Part shown: positions 40,218-52,974 of the stretch, piece after piece
How positions within the stretch are numbered: the stretch's first letter is position 1
Layout of the letters: each line of letters starts with the position of its first letter
Assembly (NCBI RefSeq): GCF_052425735.1
Contig: NC_135758.1
Span: 12,772,001-12,836,000, forward strand
From: Oculina patagonica
Lineage: Eukaryota
Length of the DNA stretch: 64,000 nucleotides
Direction: 5' to 3'
Made by a program: the position numbers and the translations under genes
The notes under the pieces: model-generated
Told to the model about the DNA's origin: nothing
The model's database searches: none
The model's input: only the letters and a program-made list of their open reading frames with translations

Positions 40218-40374
40218 GCTTACCTGGAAACAATAGAACTGTAATATGAGCCAAACGCCAAGACTGCGAGCCTTTCAAGCTTTTGTGTTGTTTAAATACA
40301 GCCGATAGCTTAAATCACCACTGCATATGAAGGAGGAAGGTTGGTAACCAGTCACGTGTCAGTTTTTTACCAAT
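40218..40374 (-). promoter_or_regulatory. Putative promoter + non-coding first exon cassette A2
   Basis: CCAAT 40370-40374; GTCACGTG 40351-40358; donor CAG|GTAAGC at 40223-40218. Confidence 0.6.
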
Positions 40375-43130
40375 AAAATTCGATGTTTATGGCGGATGTA
40401 AATAAGCCGTCTCCCGAGTTTGGGATGGGGGTGGGGGGGTGAGGGTGAGGTACTCCCATTACCAGAAACTGCTACAGAACGGTATAGAAACGGTAAAGAA
40501 ACAATACAGAACGTCCTGGAGAAGGGTAGGGAGAATTTTCTTTTGATTCAGCGAAGTATTTAATGACACGACGTAACAATAATGCGGAATTTAAGCTTAA
40601 TTGCAAGTTATTATAAATGCAGGAATAAAAGATGATGTAAACAAGATCCACTGTTCTGACATGTTTCATGAACATTCGTTTCAATTGTTAACTTTTAAAT
40701 AATTTCTCCCAAATTTATTGCTGTAAATTTACTAAAAATTCCATTCAATTGATTGAAATTTTATTTTCCAGACTCCAGCATTTCTGCTACCTCAGTGATC
40801 AAAGATCCGGGCACAACAAAGATTGCCCTAATCATGCAGCATACAAATGCAAATGTTAGAGCACATGCCTTTATCAAAATAAGTCGACTTAACATTTGGC
40901 GAGATCAATAATGTATTTGCTGACTCAAAACTTGACAAAAGTTGTGAAGAATATGGGGATACCACTGAAAGACTGCAAACAAGAGAATAAAAAAGCTTCC
41001 AAACAAAAGAGAAATCATTAATATATACAAGATTCAAGAAAGAAGGGATGTTGAAAATTTTAATCACACAAGTTTCTGTATGTCTATCTTTTATACGTTT
41101 TTCTAAGAAACATGTGTCAATACATGTACAAAAACAACTTTCAAAATCTATAAATGAAAACCAGACATACAAATATGACATGTACAGGTGGCAAAAAGTG
41201 GCAAAAGAGTGATCATTATTACAATTCTTAGAAAGAAGGCATGTTGAAAATTCCAACCATAATAAGTCATGCAGAACTGGCATCAATGTCTTTTACTAAG
41301 GAAATGCGTTACAAAACAACATCCAGTTGGGCTCTTAGTCTCCTCTTGCCAAGCACATTGGTATAATAATTAACAGAAATATACATGTTCAGCAAAAACA
41401 AATTCTTGATTATGTGTGAAATTACAAATGGCAAAATGAAATAAGTAGCCATGACTCTGTGTGCGGACCTTCATCTCCCTAGTTATTCTTAGAAAGATGG
41501 GAAGTTGAAACTCCAAAAAGTACGCCTAACTTTTAGGCATGTCTGTATAAAAACGAGCGCCCTGCGATCTGTCAGACAGAATTCGAAGATTTCATTTCAG
41601 TTAAGATTTAGTATAAAATGCAGAAATGCAGTGGGGCTTTTTCGTCCACAATAACTAAGCATGTGAAACGCATCGTAACATAAATAAATCTAGTTTACGT
41701 TCAATCAATCAATCATTTTTTATGCTCTTAGGACTACAAGCTCATTGGTATAATAAAAGAAATATAGACATGTTTAGCAAAAATATTCTCGTTGTTTTTA
41801 ATGCCTCGCTAAGTAAAATTATAGCTCGCACACAAATTAAATGGCAAAATAGATTAAGTAGCCATGACTCTGTGTGAAGACCTTCACCTCCTTAAAATTC
41901 CTAGAAAGATGGGAAGTTGTAACTCTAAGTGCGTCTATCTTTTAGGCGTTTATGAATAAAATGAGCGCCCTGCAATCTGTGAAAGAGAAGTTTTATTTCA
42001 GTTAAGATTTGGTATAAAATGACTTGCCTGAATAAGACATGCTCAAATTTTACATGTAAGCTTGACATGACTGCTCATGGTTCAAGTAATACGAGATCTC
42101 AAAAACCGAAAAACCCTTCCCTTCCCGGGAACCTTCATGTAGCAAATCAAAGCTATAAAGAGGAAAAATCTCGTTTGTGAATAACATCTCAGCAACTTAC
42201 GATCTACAGTACAGCCCCGATAACTCGAACTCTGAAGGGAAACAAAAAACAGTTCGAGTTAGCGGGGTTTTGAGTTATCGCGGTCGATTTAATATTTAAT
42301 TTGCAAAGTTAATAATTGATAGTTTACTGATTGTTCAGCACTTTTCAGTATACAGTACAATGTAAGTTGAATTTATCCCTCCAGAAACTCTAACACGACC
42401 ATACATTATTATGATAAGAGTGCAAAATGGCTGTCAAATACGTGATCTGTTCGTTGCTCTAATCAATGGGCAACCGTGGCGAGTTGCAAGAACTAAAATT
42501 CGAGTTATAGGGGAAAATTGATCCAAATGGTTATCAAGTGAAACGAAATTTAGTTCAAGAGGGCGGATTGTTCGAGTTATCCGAGTTCGAGCAATTGGTT
42601 GCAAGTAAATTTTCACTAGCTCTTTGCAATTCACGAGAAAATATGTGCACAAACGAACAAAACCTAACAATGTTGACATTTGCGATCCCGAAATAAACAT
42701 TCGGATGAATTTCGGAGACAACACTGATCAGATTAACGCCTTATTACAGCAAATTTTGATGAAGTCAACATTTATTTCCTTGTTCGAACAAAACTTGGGG
42801 CTTTTTGCATTGGTGACCAAATTGGTCAGAAACCGTGAGTTCAACGGAAGCAAACCAAATAACAGTGAGGTTAAACCATAGACGTTTTTTATACACATGC
42901 TAAGCCGAATTTTCGCCAAAACATCAATATATAAAAGCTCAGTCGATTGCTTTTCCTTCTCATTGTTAAAAGTGAAAGTGCGCCACAAACAAGAATTTTA
43001 ACTTCCGCTTTCCCTCCGTGGCTTACAAATTTTCGTTTTTACGTTCCTTAATGCAAACCTAACACAAGAAATGAGTCTGACTATCTCTAATAAGTTACAT
43101 CAGTGCTTAAAAAAATTTACATTTGTATTT

Positions 43131-43255
43131 GCTTACCTGGAAACTATAAACGCTATATCCTTCCAACCTCTTGGGTTGTTTACAGCCGATATTTTAAATC
43201 ATCACTGCACGTAAAAGAAAGTTGGACACCAGTCACGTGTCAGTTGTTCACCAAT
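43131..43255 (-). promoter_or_regulatory. Putative promoter + non-coding first exon cassette A3 (copy of A1)
   Basis: CCAAT 43251-43255; GTCACGTG 43232-43239; donor at 43136-43131. Confidence 0.6.
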
Positions 43256-45432
43256 GTTACATTAAAATTACAATTGCCGAAATGTGCCTCAAAACTCAAC
43301 AAAAGTTGTCAAAAATATGGGAATACCACTGAAAGACTGCTGACAAGAGAATAGAAAAGCTTCCATACAACAGAGAAATCCTTTAATGTATACAAGACAT
43401 ACAGCAAACTACAATCACTGCCCATAACCCTTTTGACCCCAATTTCCGAGTCAATTCCAAGAAAGAAGGAATAATGAAAATTGCAATCACACAAGTTTCT
43501 GCATGTCTATCCTTATACCTTTTTCTAAGAAAGATGTGTCTACCTTCAATACCTTTTACTAAGAAAATGAGTTACAAAAAACAAAAAAGGTTTAGATCTG
43601 CAAAGATATACAATGGACGAGCACATTGGTAAAATAATTAACAGAAATAGACATGTTTAGCAAAAGATCTGTTGTTCATAATGAATAAAATGACAAATGA
43701 CAAAAAACCTTTATCTCCCTAATAAATCTTAGAAAGATGGGAATTTAAAACTCTAAAAAGTACGTCTAACTTTTAGGCATTTCAGTATGAAAATGAGCGC
43801 ATGGCAATCTGTCAGACAGAAGATTTCATTTCAGTCAAGATTTACTACAAAATGCAGAAATGCAGTGGGGCTTTTCGTCCACAATATCTAAGTATGTAAA
43901 ACACGTCGTAAAAAAAAAATTACGTTCAATCAATCAATCAATCTGCATTTTTGGTGCTGGAATTTCCTATGGCCAAGCTCATTGGTATAATAATGAGACA
44001 TGTTTAACAGAAATATTCTTGTTGCTTTTAATGCCTCGCTAAATATAATCATAGGTAACACAAAAATTAAATGACAAATGACAAAATACCACAAACAGCC
44101 ATTACTCTGCGTGAGGACCTTAACCTCTCTATAATTCCTAGAAAGATGGGAAGTTGTAACCCTAAGTGCGTCTATCTTTTAGGCGATTTTGTATGAAATG
44201 AGCGCCCTGTAATCTGCCAGACAAAAAGTTTCATTTCAGTAAAGATTTAGTATAAAATGCAGAAATGCAACAGAATGCCCAAAGTCACTTGCTGAATAAG
44301 ACATGCTCAAATTTTACATGTAGGCTTAACATGACTGCACAAGGTTCAATTATAAAAACATTTTCAAAGTTATTAAATACATTGTAAATGCAAAAAACCC
44401 TTCCTGGCAACCTTCAAGTAGCAAATCAAAGCTATAAGGTTGCAAATATCTGGTTTGTGAATAACATCTCAGAAACTTGTGATGTACAGTACTGCCTCGA
44501 TAACTCGAACTAGATCTGAAGGAAAACAAAAACCCGTTCGAGTTAGCGAGTTTTCGAGATATCGAGGTCGATTGAATATTTAAAAATTTGCAAAGTTAAT
44601 AACTGATACTTTACTGGTTTTCAGCACTTCTCAGTATGATGTACAGTGCAAATTTAACATATCTTGCCTAGATCTGTAACACGACTATGCATTCTTATGA
44701 AATGAGTGGAAAATTCACTGTCAAATACGTGATCTGTTCGTTTCTCTAATCAATGGGCAACCGTGGCGAGTTGCAAGAACCGGAATTCCAGTTATCGGGG
44801 TAAATTTGACCCAAATATTGATCAAGGGAAACGAAATTTAGTTCGAGTGGGCGGGGTGTTAAAGTTATCCGAGTTCGAGCAATTGGTTGCAACTAAGTTA
44901 TTACTAACTCTTTGCAATTCACGAGAAGATATGTGCACAAACAAACGCAACCTAGCAATGTTGACATTTGCTTCCAGTAGAGCTGCAAGTTTATACAAAA
45001 GGCATCCTTGAGACAACTAAACCTTCAGATAAATTTCGGAGGATCAAAAAAACACCTTATTGCTGCAAATTTCGATGAAGTAAACATTTGCTTTCTTTTT
45101 CGAACGAAACCTGGGGCTTTTTGGCAACCACAATGGTCAGAATAGAAACCGTATTTTAACCAATGCAAACCACATAACAGTGAGCTTAAAACATAGACCT
45201 TTTGTATTCACCTCCTAAGTCAACTTTTCGTCAAGAACATCCGGATCAAACGCTTAAACGATTGCTTTTCTTTCTTATTGTTTAAAGTAAAAGTGCGCAA
45301 CAAACAAGAATTTTCCGGTTTCTGTTTGTGTCTTAAAAATCTTTTCGTTGTTACGTCCCTAAATACAAACCTACACAAGGAATGAGTCTAACTCGATTTT
45401 AGTTGCATCCTAAAACAGCTACATTTGTATTT

Positions 45433-45589
45433 GCTTACCTGGAAACAATAGAACTGTAATATGAGCCAAACGCCAAGACTGCGAGCCTTTCAAGCTTTTG
45501 TGTTGTTTAAATACAGCCGATAGCTTAAATCACCACTGCATATGAAGGAGGAAGGTTGGTAACCAGTCACGTGTCAGTTTTTTACCAAT
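45433..45589 (-). promoter_or_regulatory. Putative promoter + non-coding first exon cassette A4 (copy of A2)
   Basis: CCAAT 45585-45589; GTCACGTG 45566-45573; donor at 45438-45433. Confidence 0.6.
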
Positions 45590-46089
45590 AAAATTCGATG
45601 TTTATGGCGGATGTAAATAAGCCGTCTCCCGAGTTTGGGATGGGGGTGGGGGGGTGAGGGTGAGGTACTCCCATTACCAGAAACTGCTACAGAACGGTAT
45701 AGAAACGGTAAAGAAACAATACAGAACGTCCTGGAGAAGGGTAGGGAGAATTTTCTTTTGATTCAGCGAAGTATTTAATGACACGACGTAACAATAATGC
45801 GGAAATTAAGCTTAATTCACAAAGAACATGAGTTCAAATCATTGAAATTTTTTCAGGCCCTCGACTCAACTTCTTTAACTGCAAAGATCTTCTTTTCTTT
45901 CGGTGTTTCTACTGCAGTTGAAACGAACTAACTTTAAAATATTGTTTTCAACGTTGGTGCCTTTTTTGTCATTGCTGATGTATCAAAACTGCTCTATGTA
46001 ACAGCCCATTGTAAACTATTATTTAAGTTTAGTTCTGTTGTTTTACACATACCTTAGATAGTAACATTACGTTTAACCGGTGAGAGTTG

Positions 46090-46164
46090 CTATATAAATG
46101 AAAGAGTCATAAGGTATTCCAGAGACTTTTTACCATCATTATTAACAGCCTAAAGACAATCCAT
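46090..46164 (-). pseudogene. Decayed fragment of the UBAP1-like last exon (MDCL*AVNNDGKKSLEYLMTLSFI*)
   Basis: Aligns to 60920-60994 with a CAG>TAG nonsense change. Flanking 45960-47150 matches pieces of 60810-63975. Confidence 0.85.
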
Positions 46165-46617
46165 TAATCAGTAGGCCAATAAATAAATGAATTCATAAAC
46201 CTTTATAATCCAAGTTAAATCTCAGTTGAGAAAAAGTGCTGCAGAAACCACAAATAGGTAAGAAACAAGCAACATTTTCAATGATATAAATGGAACCAAG
46301 AATTCTATGGCCAGTTTTTCACATATGGGGGGGGGGGGGGCAGGCACAAGTCTTCTTTGTGGTCAATTATTACATTTGTGGCTTTTACACACCTTTATTA
46401 CAAAGGAGGTGGAGAGATGCTGGTGTGAAGTCACATTCATTGTTTTCTGTAATGCATGAAAAAGTGTATACTAGCTTTTCACTGGGCTACATTGCGCTAC
46501 TAGTCCACGACCAGTGATGAGGCCACAAAGGTGTTTTTTCCCCAACATTTTTATTTCCCCTCAGTTATTTTAAAATATACTTTTGGGCACAAAGATCAAA
46601 AGCATCTTTACAGCATA

Positions 46618-46956
46618 CTATAAAATTCCAGTTATAAGCCCTGGTCTTATACAACTTCGTAAGGGGTTTTGGTTGGGGTCATAAACTGAGCGGCTTATTT
46701 TCGGGAGGGCATATAAACGGAATAAAAAATGCTGCCAGCCACCGGGAATTACGTTTTTTATGTTAAAAAATCATAATAAGGCAACATTTATTTAGCCCTG
46801 GTCAGTACTGTCATTCAGTAGAGGTGGGCTTATATCCGGGGGAGCATTTAACCGAATGTTTTTTTGTTTTGAGGTAGATGGGCCTACGACCAGGGGCCTT
46901 CTAAGCGGGAAGGCGGTGGGGGGGGGGGGGGGGGGCTTATAACCAGAATTTTACGG
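46618..46956. mobile_element. Tc1/mariner-type MITE
   Basis: TA|CTATAAAATTCCAGTTATAAGCCC ... GGGCTTATAACCAGAATTTTACGG|TA. Confidence 0.75.
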
Positions 46957-49152
46957 TACGTTAAATATATATAATAATTATTATTCAAATCTACATGTAT
47001 AATATTATTAATACATAAAATAACGGTACAATAAGTTCATCTTTGTTATAACTAGATGATTATCTACCACCTATGAACAATTTCCATTCATTTGGGATTA
47101 CACCACTACTAAAAATTATTTATCACTTAGTTTATCCAATTTACCTATCAAAAAATCCCGAACAATTATTTCAAAATATTCACCGAAAAGTGCAAAACAG
47201 AAGCTTTTAAAATCCTTCCAAAAAGGTTTATGAGAGGGCATTTATAAAATAGGTGATAAGCCATTTCCGATCTAACTAACAAAATGTGCAACAAAGCCTA
47301 CATTAATTTAATATTGGCTAGAAAACTGTTTACTTGACAAGTGTTGTATCATTCAAGATTTTAAATTTGAAACCAAATAAAAAGCCTTACTTTTAAAAAC
47401 ACTCAAGTACGAGTTTAGTCATCTACACCAAGACCACGTATTCGTGTACACCTCGAAACCAAAGGATCATTATGCTGTCTAGTGTAACTGATTTCTTATC
47501 TCTGTATGTTGCATTATTTCAGGAAAATGACATTCTCGTGTGCTATATTGAATTAAAACTGAAAGGCGAGATTGCTTAATCTCATTAAGCATATTCCTAG
47601 TTAAATGCATAGTTAAAAAACATAAGCTGAAGGTGATTATTGTTGTGAGCAAATTGTCTGTGTGTCTAGCTAGGTCCTAGAAATAATCCTAATTTCCTCC
47701 ACAACCATAGTGGTATTTTAACTTTATTTCTCGTTAATTTATTACCTAAACACTGACGTGCACAAGAAAACCTGTATGACCTGTGTATACTACTGTAATT
47801 TGGTGTAATTCGTAATAACATGACAACAATATCTGTTAGACAGACTTTTACTTTGAGGTCCGTTCTCTAGAATTAAAACTAAAATTTAACCCCATTTCCT
47901 TTTGCATACCCCAAAATGTTTTACCTTAGCAAAACATTGTTAGTTAAGCTTCTCAACGACTTTTTGTGCCTTATTTTCTCTAAGCGCTTTAATAAGAACA
48001 CGTGAATACGTTAATACATTCAAAAACAAATTCCAAACGATGGCAAATGCAATTAAGGTTATTCCTTGGTATTGCATTGCACATCCTTACTGCACGTAAT
48101 TTCACACGTGAGTAGCACGCATACGTTAAGAAAATATGCTAGTACACTACATGATAGCAACAAGTTGAATCAAAGTCTATAGAAAATGTTTCACTTTATA
48201 ATGAAAAACTCACTTGTTCAATTGTTCCTTGAAGTCAATGCAGTACACTTTTTCTCATGTTTCACTTTACTTTATCCCTTTTTCTACTCCCATATATGAA
48301 GCCTAATAAAAGTAAACAGTTCAACTATAAAGTTTTCTAAAAGCCAATATCACAAGTAATTATCAGGTAAAATAAAAGGTCATCCTGCCCCTTAATGATT
48401 ACTGGGACCCCGTTTTTATTTCAAAACGTAACTAAAGGGACGCTACAATTTTACTGTGATACGTATCAATGAACTTATATATTTTCTTTGCAATTATAAA
48501 ATTATTTATTAGCAACCGAATGCACAAGCAAATTTGAGCCGCTACGTAGTCCCTTTTCATTTTTTGCCTGGTCGTAGTGTTGAACCAAAGTAAACAAAAT
48601 TCGTTGCTTTTTCTCTAAAGGATGAAAGGGACATATTACTAAAAGATCTTCTGCTAGAACTAACAAATGATTCACCTAAAACTCCAGGTGAACATCCACG
48701 ACTCAATATTCATCAACAGCTAACTGCAATCAGCATCTAACAAATCAGATCATAAAACCAGATTCTAGAATCATTATCAGCCGCATCAAAAAAAGGTCTA
48801 CAGTCTCCCCTGTGAGATATTTTATCCGAGACTACAACCTGCACCCACTAAGAGCTACTAAGGCTATGACATACAACCTACAACATACTACCTCAGTCCA
48901 CACCAGTCGATTTCATGTTAAATTTAGCAAGTCACACTAGCAACTTCTGCTTGATGTACAACTTTACAGCTTTCATAGGACAAAATGGCAATTGAGACAA
49001 GGTTGGTTTGTTATCTTGCTTTGACTGGCATTTCAATGGGACTGCTGTCTAAAGTTAATATTGTCTGCATAGCCAAAAAACTAAGTTATATGTAGTCTGT
49101 TGAAGTCTAAAAAATTTTTTCTCCTTACTGCATTTTGAGAGTCCGCGTTTCA

Positions 49153-51225
49153 TTAGTCCTGAATACCCTCGTGCGACAATGACATCAGGTACAAATTCAA
49201 TGCCAACTCACCGCCTGCCTTATTAGCATTGAAAGTTCCTCTACATTTAGGACACTTGGTTTTCAACAGATGACCAGAATATTCTACTACCAATGACTCA
49301 ACAGCACACAAGGGACACTTGTATTTTGTCACCTGAATTCCTTTCAGTGATCTAATCAATTTGGCAGCGACTTCAGCACCATGTCGGTCGTAGGCTCTCT
49401 TTTCTTTCTCACTCAAGTCGTCTTCAGTCCAAAACACGTCCACAAATTCTAGGCCAAGGACATCAGAATTCTGCACCCTGAAGAACCCCTTGTCTGCCCA
49501 GTCATCCCCCCATGAATTCATCAGACGAAAGCTCTCGGCGTCATAACTTGTGAGAACTACTGCATGGCCACCAGGGTCGCTGGTTGAGTGATGCTTCAAA
49601 TCGAGGTAGGATCTTGTAAGGATTCCTTTTGGCTTTTCTTCACAGAACTGGGAGAACTGATCCCACTGGGCACCCGTTAGATAAAATCTGACAACCACTG
49701 GTCTCTTTGCAGAGACGGCTTTCATTGCACCAACAGCATCAACCTTTTTGCATTGAAGACGATATGTTGGACAAATTTCCTTGAGAACTTTAATGGTAGG
49801 GGCTCCGTGTTCTCCATATTCAGCAATCAATTTTCTTGTTAACTCAAAGAAATCTGGATAACCACCATCTCGCCCTATGATGCGCTTCATGGCCAGGTGT
49901 AGAACAGTAGCAGATGCATTTGCATAACAGGTACCTCCATGTTGTCTTTTAGCACCAAACCCTTCACTTGCCTGGTTTATATAGATATCCAGATCAACTG
50001 AGGAGAGGATATCTGAAAGAACATCTTGACTCAGGACACCTTTCTTGGCCATGTCACAGACATCTTTGATAATGTCCGGATGGTTCACCTGAAAGAAGAG
50101 TCTGGTTTCATTATTGTCAATATCGATCTCCCATCCTCTCTTCACAAACAGGGTGCGTGGTATCTTCTGAGTAGTGATGGTGGAGCTCATTCTGAACATG
50201 GTCTTTGCTGGCTTTTCCCAACTTTCATCTAGAATGCTGTACAAATGACGAGGATCGGATAGCTGTTGGTCTGTAATGAAACAACTCACAATGGTGACTC
50301 CCAGATCAGACAACTGTTGGATTGGTGGGTCGCCTTTATCACCTGGCTGACCATCTGAGAGAATGAAGAGAAGTTTCTGATAATCTGCAAATTCTGGATA
50401 GGAAAACAGATCCACTGAATGGTGCATAGCTTGAATGAGTGGAGTCCCTCCGTAAATTAAGGGTTCCACCAGTTTTAGCAACTCTTCAGCCCGTTTATCA
50501 GTTAGTTCTTGATCGCCAATACTGGCATGCAGTATTTCTGATGCATAAGGAATACTTTTAATTGCAGCTTTGCTTACACCCACTAATTTTACACTGGCCA
50601 TTATGGTCTCAGTCACAAGTTTTTTACCCTTGTCTATTGCTTCTCTGACTGAATCTTCTGTGGCCCATCCTTGAATTCGGGAACCCACAAATGGAACCTT
50701 TCCTGTCATGAAAAATGCACCTTCAACACCAATATTACGAAAGTCATATAATGATAATTCTCGACATTCTCGAGGAAGACAATCATCAACAAACCTTTTG
50801 GTAAAATCAGAACTTTTTTGCAAAAAATGAAGTATTGCAGCAGCAGTAGTATCCTCCACAACTTTCAGCAAGGTTTCCATTTTCCCCCAAGTGCGAACTC
50901 TACTTGCTCCATTTGTTTCAAGAATAGTCAAGGCTTCATCTATTATTTCTCTCTTGCTTCTCTTTGATTTCAAATCTTCAATGACGGATTGTTCCTCTTG
51001 TGCTTTATCAACTGTGGTTAACAAATCAAAAATCTCAGGATCAGAAGGACTTCCAAAAGCCAAAGCAAAGGTCTGATTTGAAGATGGGACATCATGCCTG
51101 ATCAGTTCATCGACCACTTTGAAGATAGATCTTGCCCAACGCCCAACTTCCTCATCCACCCCGTCACCAACACTGTTTTTCATGGAGCCAGACACATCCA
51201 CCAGAATTCCTATCAGGGTCGACAT
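49153..51225 (-). CDS. vWA + papain-like C1 cysteine peptidase + zinc-ribbon protein, paralog B (690 aa), single coding exon
   Basis: Same motifs as paralog A: DVSGS, GGTPL, ILSDG, QHGGTCYANA, GGHAVV, MNSWG, CPLC/CPKC. Acceptor TTTCTTTTCAAGATAAG|GAACG-ATG. Confidence 0.92.
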   Translation of the reverse strand: MSTLIGILVDVSGSMKNSVGDGVDEEVGRWARSIFKVVDELIRHDVPSSNQTFALAFGSPSDPEIFDLLTTVDKAQEEQSVIEDLKSKRSKREIIDEALTILETNGASRVRTWGKMETLLKVVEDTTAAAILHFLQKSSDFTKRFVDDCLPRECRELSLYDFRNIGVEGAFFMTGKVPFVGSRIQGWATEDSVREAIDKGKKLVTETIMASVKLVGVSKAAIKSIPYASEILHASIGDQELTDKRAEELLKLVEPLIYGGTPLIQAMHHSVDLFSYPEFADYQKLLFILSDGQPGDKGDPPIQQLSDLGVTIVSCFITDQQLSDPRHLYSILDESWEKPAKTMFRMSSTITTQKIPRTLFVKRGWEIDIDNNETRLFFQVNHPDIIKDVCDMAKKGVLSQDVLSDILSSVDLDIYINQASEGFGAKRQHGGTCYANASATVLHLAMKRIIGRDGGYPDFFELTRKLIAEYGEHGAPTIKVLKEICPTYRLQCKKVDAVGAMKAVSAKRPVVVRFYLTGAQWDQFSQFCEEKPKGILTRSYLDLKHHSTSDPGGHAVVLTSYDAESFRLMNSWGDDWADKGFFRVQNSDVLGLEFVDVFWTEDDLSEKEKRAYDRHGAEVAAKLIRSLKGIQVTKYKCPLCAVESLVVEYSGHLLKTKCPKCRGTFNANKAGGELALNLYLMSLSHEGIQD

Positions 51226-52168
51226 CGTTCCTTATCTTGAAAAGAAACATCAATATATAAGATTAACAGGGATAATTAGTTATAAGACATTCCTAATTTT
51301 TGTCGTCGAAATGACAATATTTTTTCTAGGCAGGACCTTTTGAGCCTACTCCAACTTGTTTTGTTGTTTAATTTGCTTTCGTTAACATGATGTAAGGCAA
51401 TGTGTTGACCAGATTAGTGTAGCTATGTTTTTATTTCTGGTCAACAGGGCGGGGAGTGTTACGGATGTCGTGACATTATGTCACGCTTTAATGGCGCAGT
51501 GCATTGTGAGAGGCTGAGAGCACGAGCACACCTTCACAGGCAATGTTAATGTTTCCTGGCGATTAAAGTGGAGGAGGGAGAAGCCTTCTGAACCTACTCC
51601 AACTTGCAATAGTGTTGGATATTTAACAGGTGGACATTGCTTTGGCATTACTGATTAGATGTATTAGAAGACTTGTTGTATTTTCTATATTTTTGTTATC
51701 TGTATTTAAAATGTATTTGCTGCTGTTGGAGATGTTTCGCGCGACGTTAGCGCGTTTCCAATATCCGCGTCAGTTGTTGCTGTTTTGGATCACAAATTGG
51801 CAGTTACTTGGTGAAATCCGAGTAAAATGTTTTCCACAAGCTGATTCGTGTATCGCTGTTCTAATCCCGTAGTTATTTTATATCATAATTTGTAACTTTC
51901 TACCTCTTGGCACGTACAAATTGTCCATGTTTGAGATATGTTACAGTTTTGAATGTATTTAATGGGTAGCCAAAATAAAATGTTGTTTGAATACTAAATT
52001 CAAAATTCGCGCTTTTCGCGCATGGCACAATCAGGTCGTTCTGATTTAGTTTAATCTGGGAAATTTGCACCTGAAGCCTAACTGACGCTATTTCACTAGC
52101 CTATCGTTCTTTTGCCTAGTTCTTACACGAACCATTATTAAGATTACATCATGTTGCTTATAATTATG

Positions 52169-52359
52169 TAGCCTATGTTCAATATATCAAAATTCAACCA
52201 TGGCATTAAGGCTTTCTGACCAATTTTTTTTTTTTTTTTCAACACTCTTGTGGAAGTTAGCAGAAAGAATTAACAGACAAAGAAATATTTAAAAATTAGC
52301 ATTTTAGCCAGAAAGCCTCTGAGTTCTGTTAGAATTTTGATGTATCGAACATAGGCTAT
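52169..52359. mobile_element. Short MITE
   Basis: TIR TAGCCTATGTTCAATATATCAAAATTC / GAATTTTGATGTATCGAACATAGGCTA. Confidence 0.7.
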
Positions 52360-52974
52360 TGAAACTGTTATACCCAACCATGGCAAGGTTTCCCACAAGA
52401 AAAATTGAAGGGCTTCCCCCAGTCATTATTGAGCCATTTTGTCCGCCTAAAATTGACCAATTTTGCATGTGATAATAATTTAGTGCTTCATTTTCAAGAA
52501 CAAATCCTTGGAAACCGACACGTTTTTTTTTTTACAACAGTGGAGGTACCATCTGAACGTTTTTATTAAAAAAAATAAACAAGAGGTGTCCTATCCTTTG
52601 GTACAGGCCCTTTCATTAAAAAGGAGTTACATCATTATCTCTTAGGCATGCACAGTGGATTTAAACCTGAGCAAATTGTAGCCGTGTCGTGACGGGTCGT
52701 GAGCTTCCTTTTTTTTGTTTTCGAGCTCCGAATATTACAACTTTGGCGGCGAAGATGCTAAAATGGCTTTGGTGGGTTAGTGAGAAAATATATAGAAGGA
52801 AAAGCGTATTATGCAGTGATTTACGTCGAGATAGTTCACGAGGCTCAACATTTCTGCTTTTTGATCGAAGCGGAACCTGCCTGTGGAATTCTTCGCAATA
52901 TGCTGGCCCCTGAAAGAGGCCGAAAGATAAGTCTTTTAAAGCTTTGAAAGAGATTTTAAGCGCTCATTATTCTC

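Larger units (their letters stand above)
35384..45813. repeat. Near-perfect tandem duplication, 2 x 5215 bp (35384-40598; 40599-45813)
   Basis: ORF-track entries repeat at +5215. Only about 3 substitutions were noticed. AATT microhomology at the junctions (35384, 40599, 45814). Confidence 0.97.

Noticed and set aside
35613-45016. Repeated short ORFs (152, 96, 85, 86, 83, 82 aa) that occur twice
   Set aside because: Their identity reflects the 5215-bp DNA duplication. The frames are not preserved in the older 2.3-kb paralogous units and show no recognisable domains.
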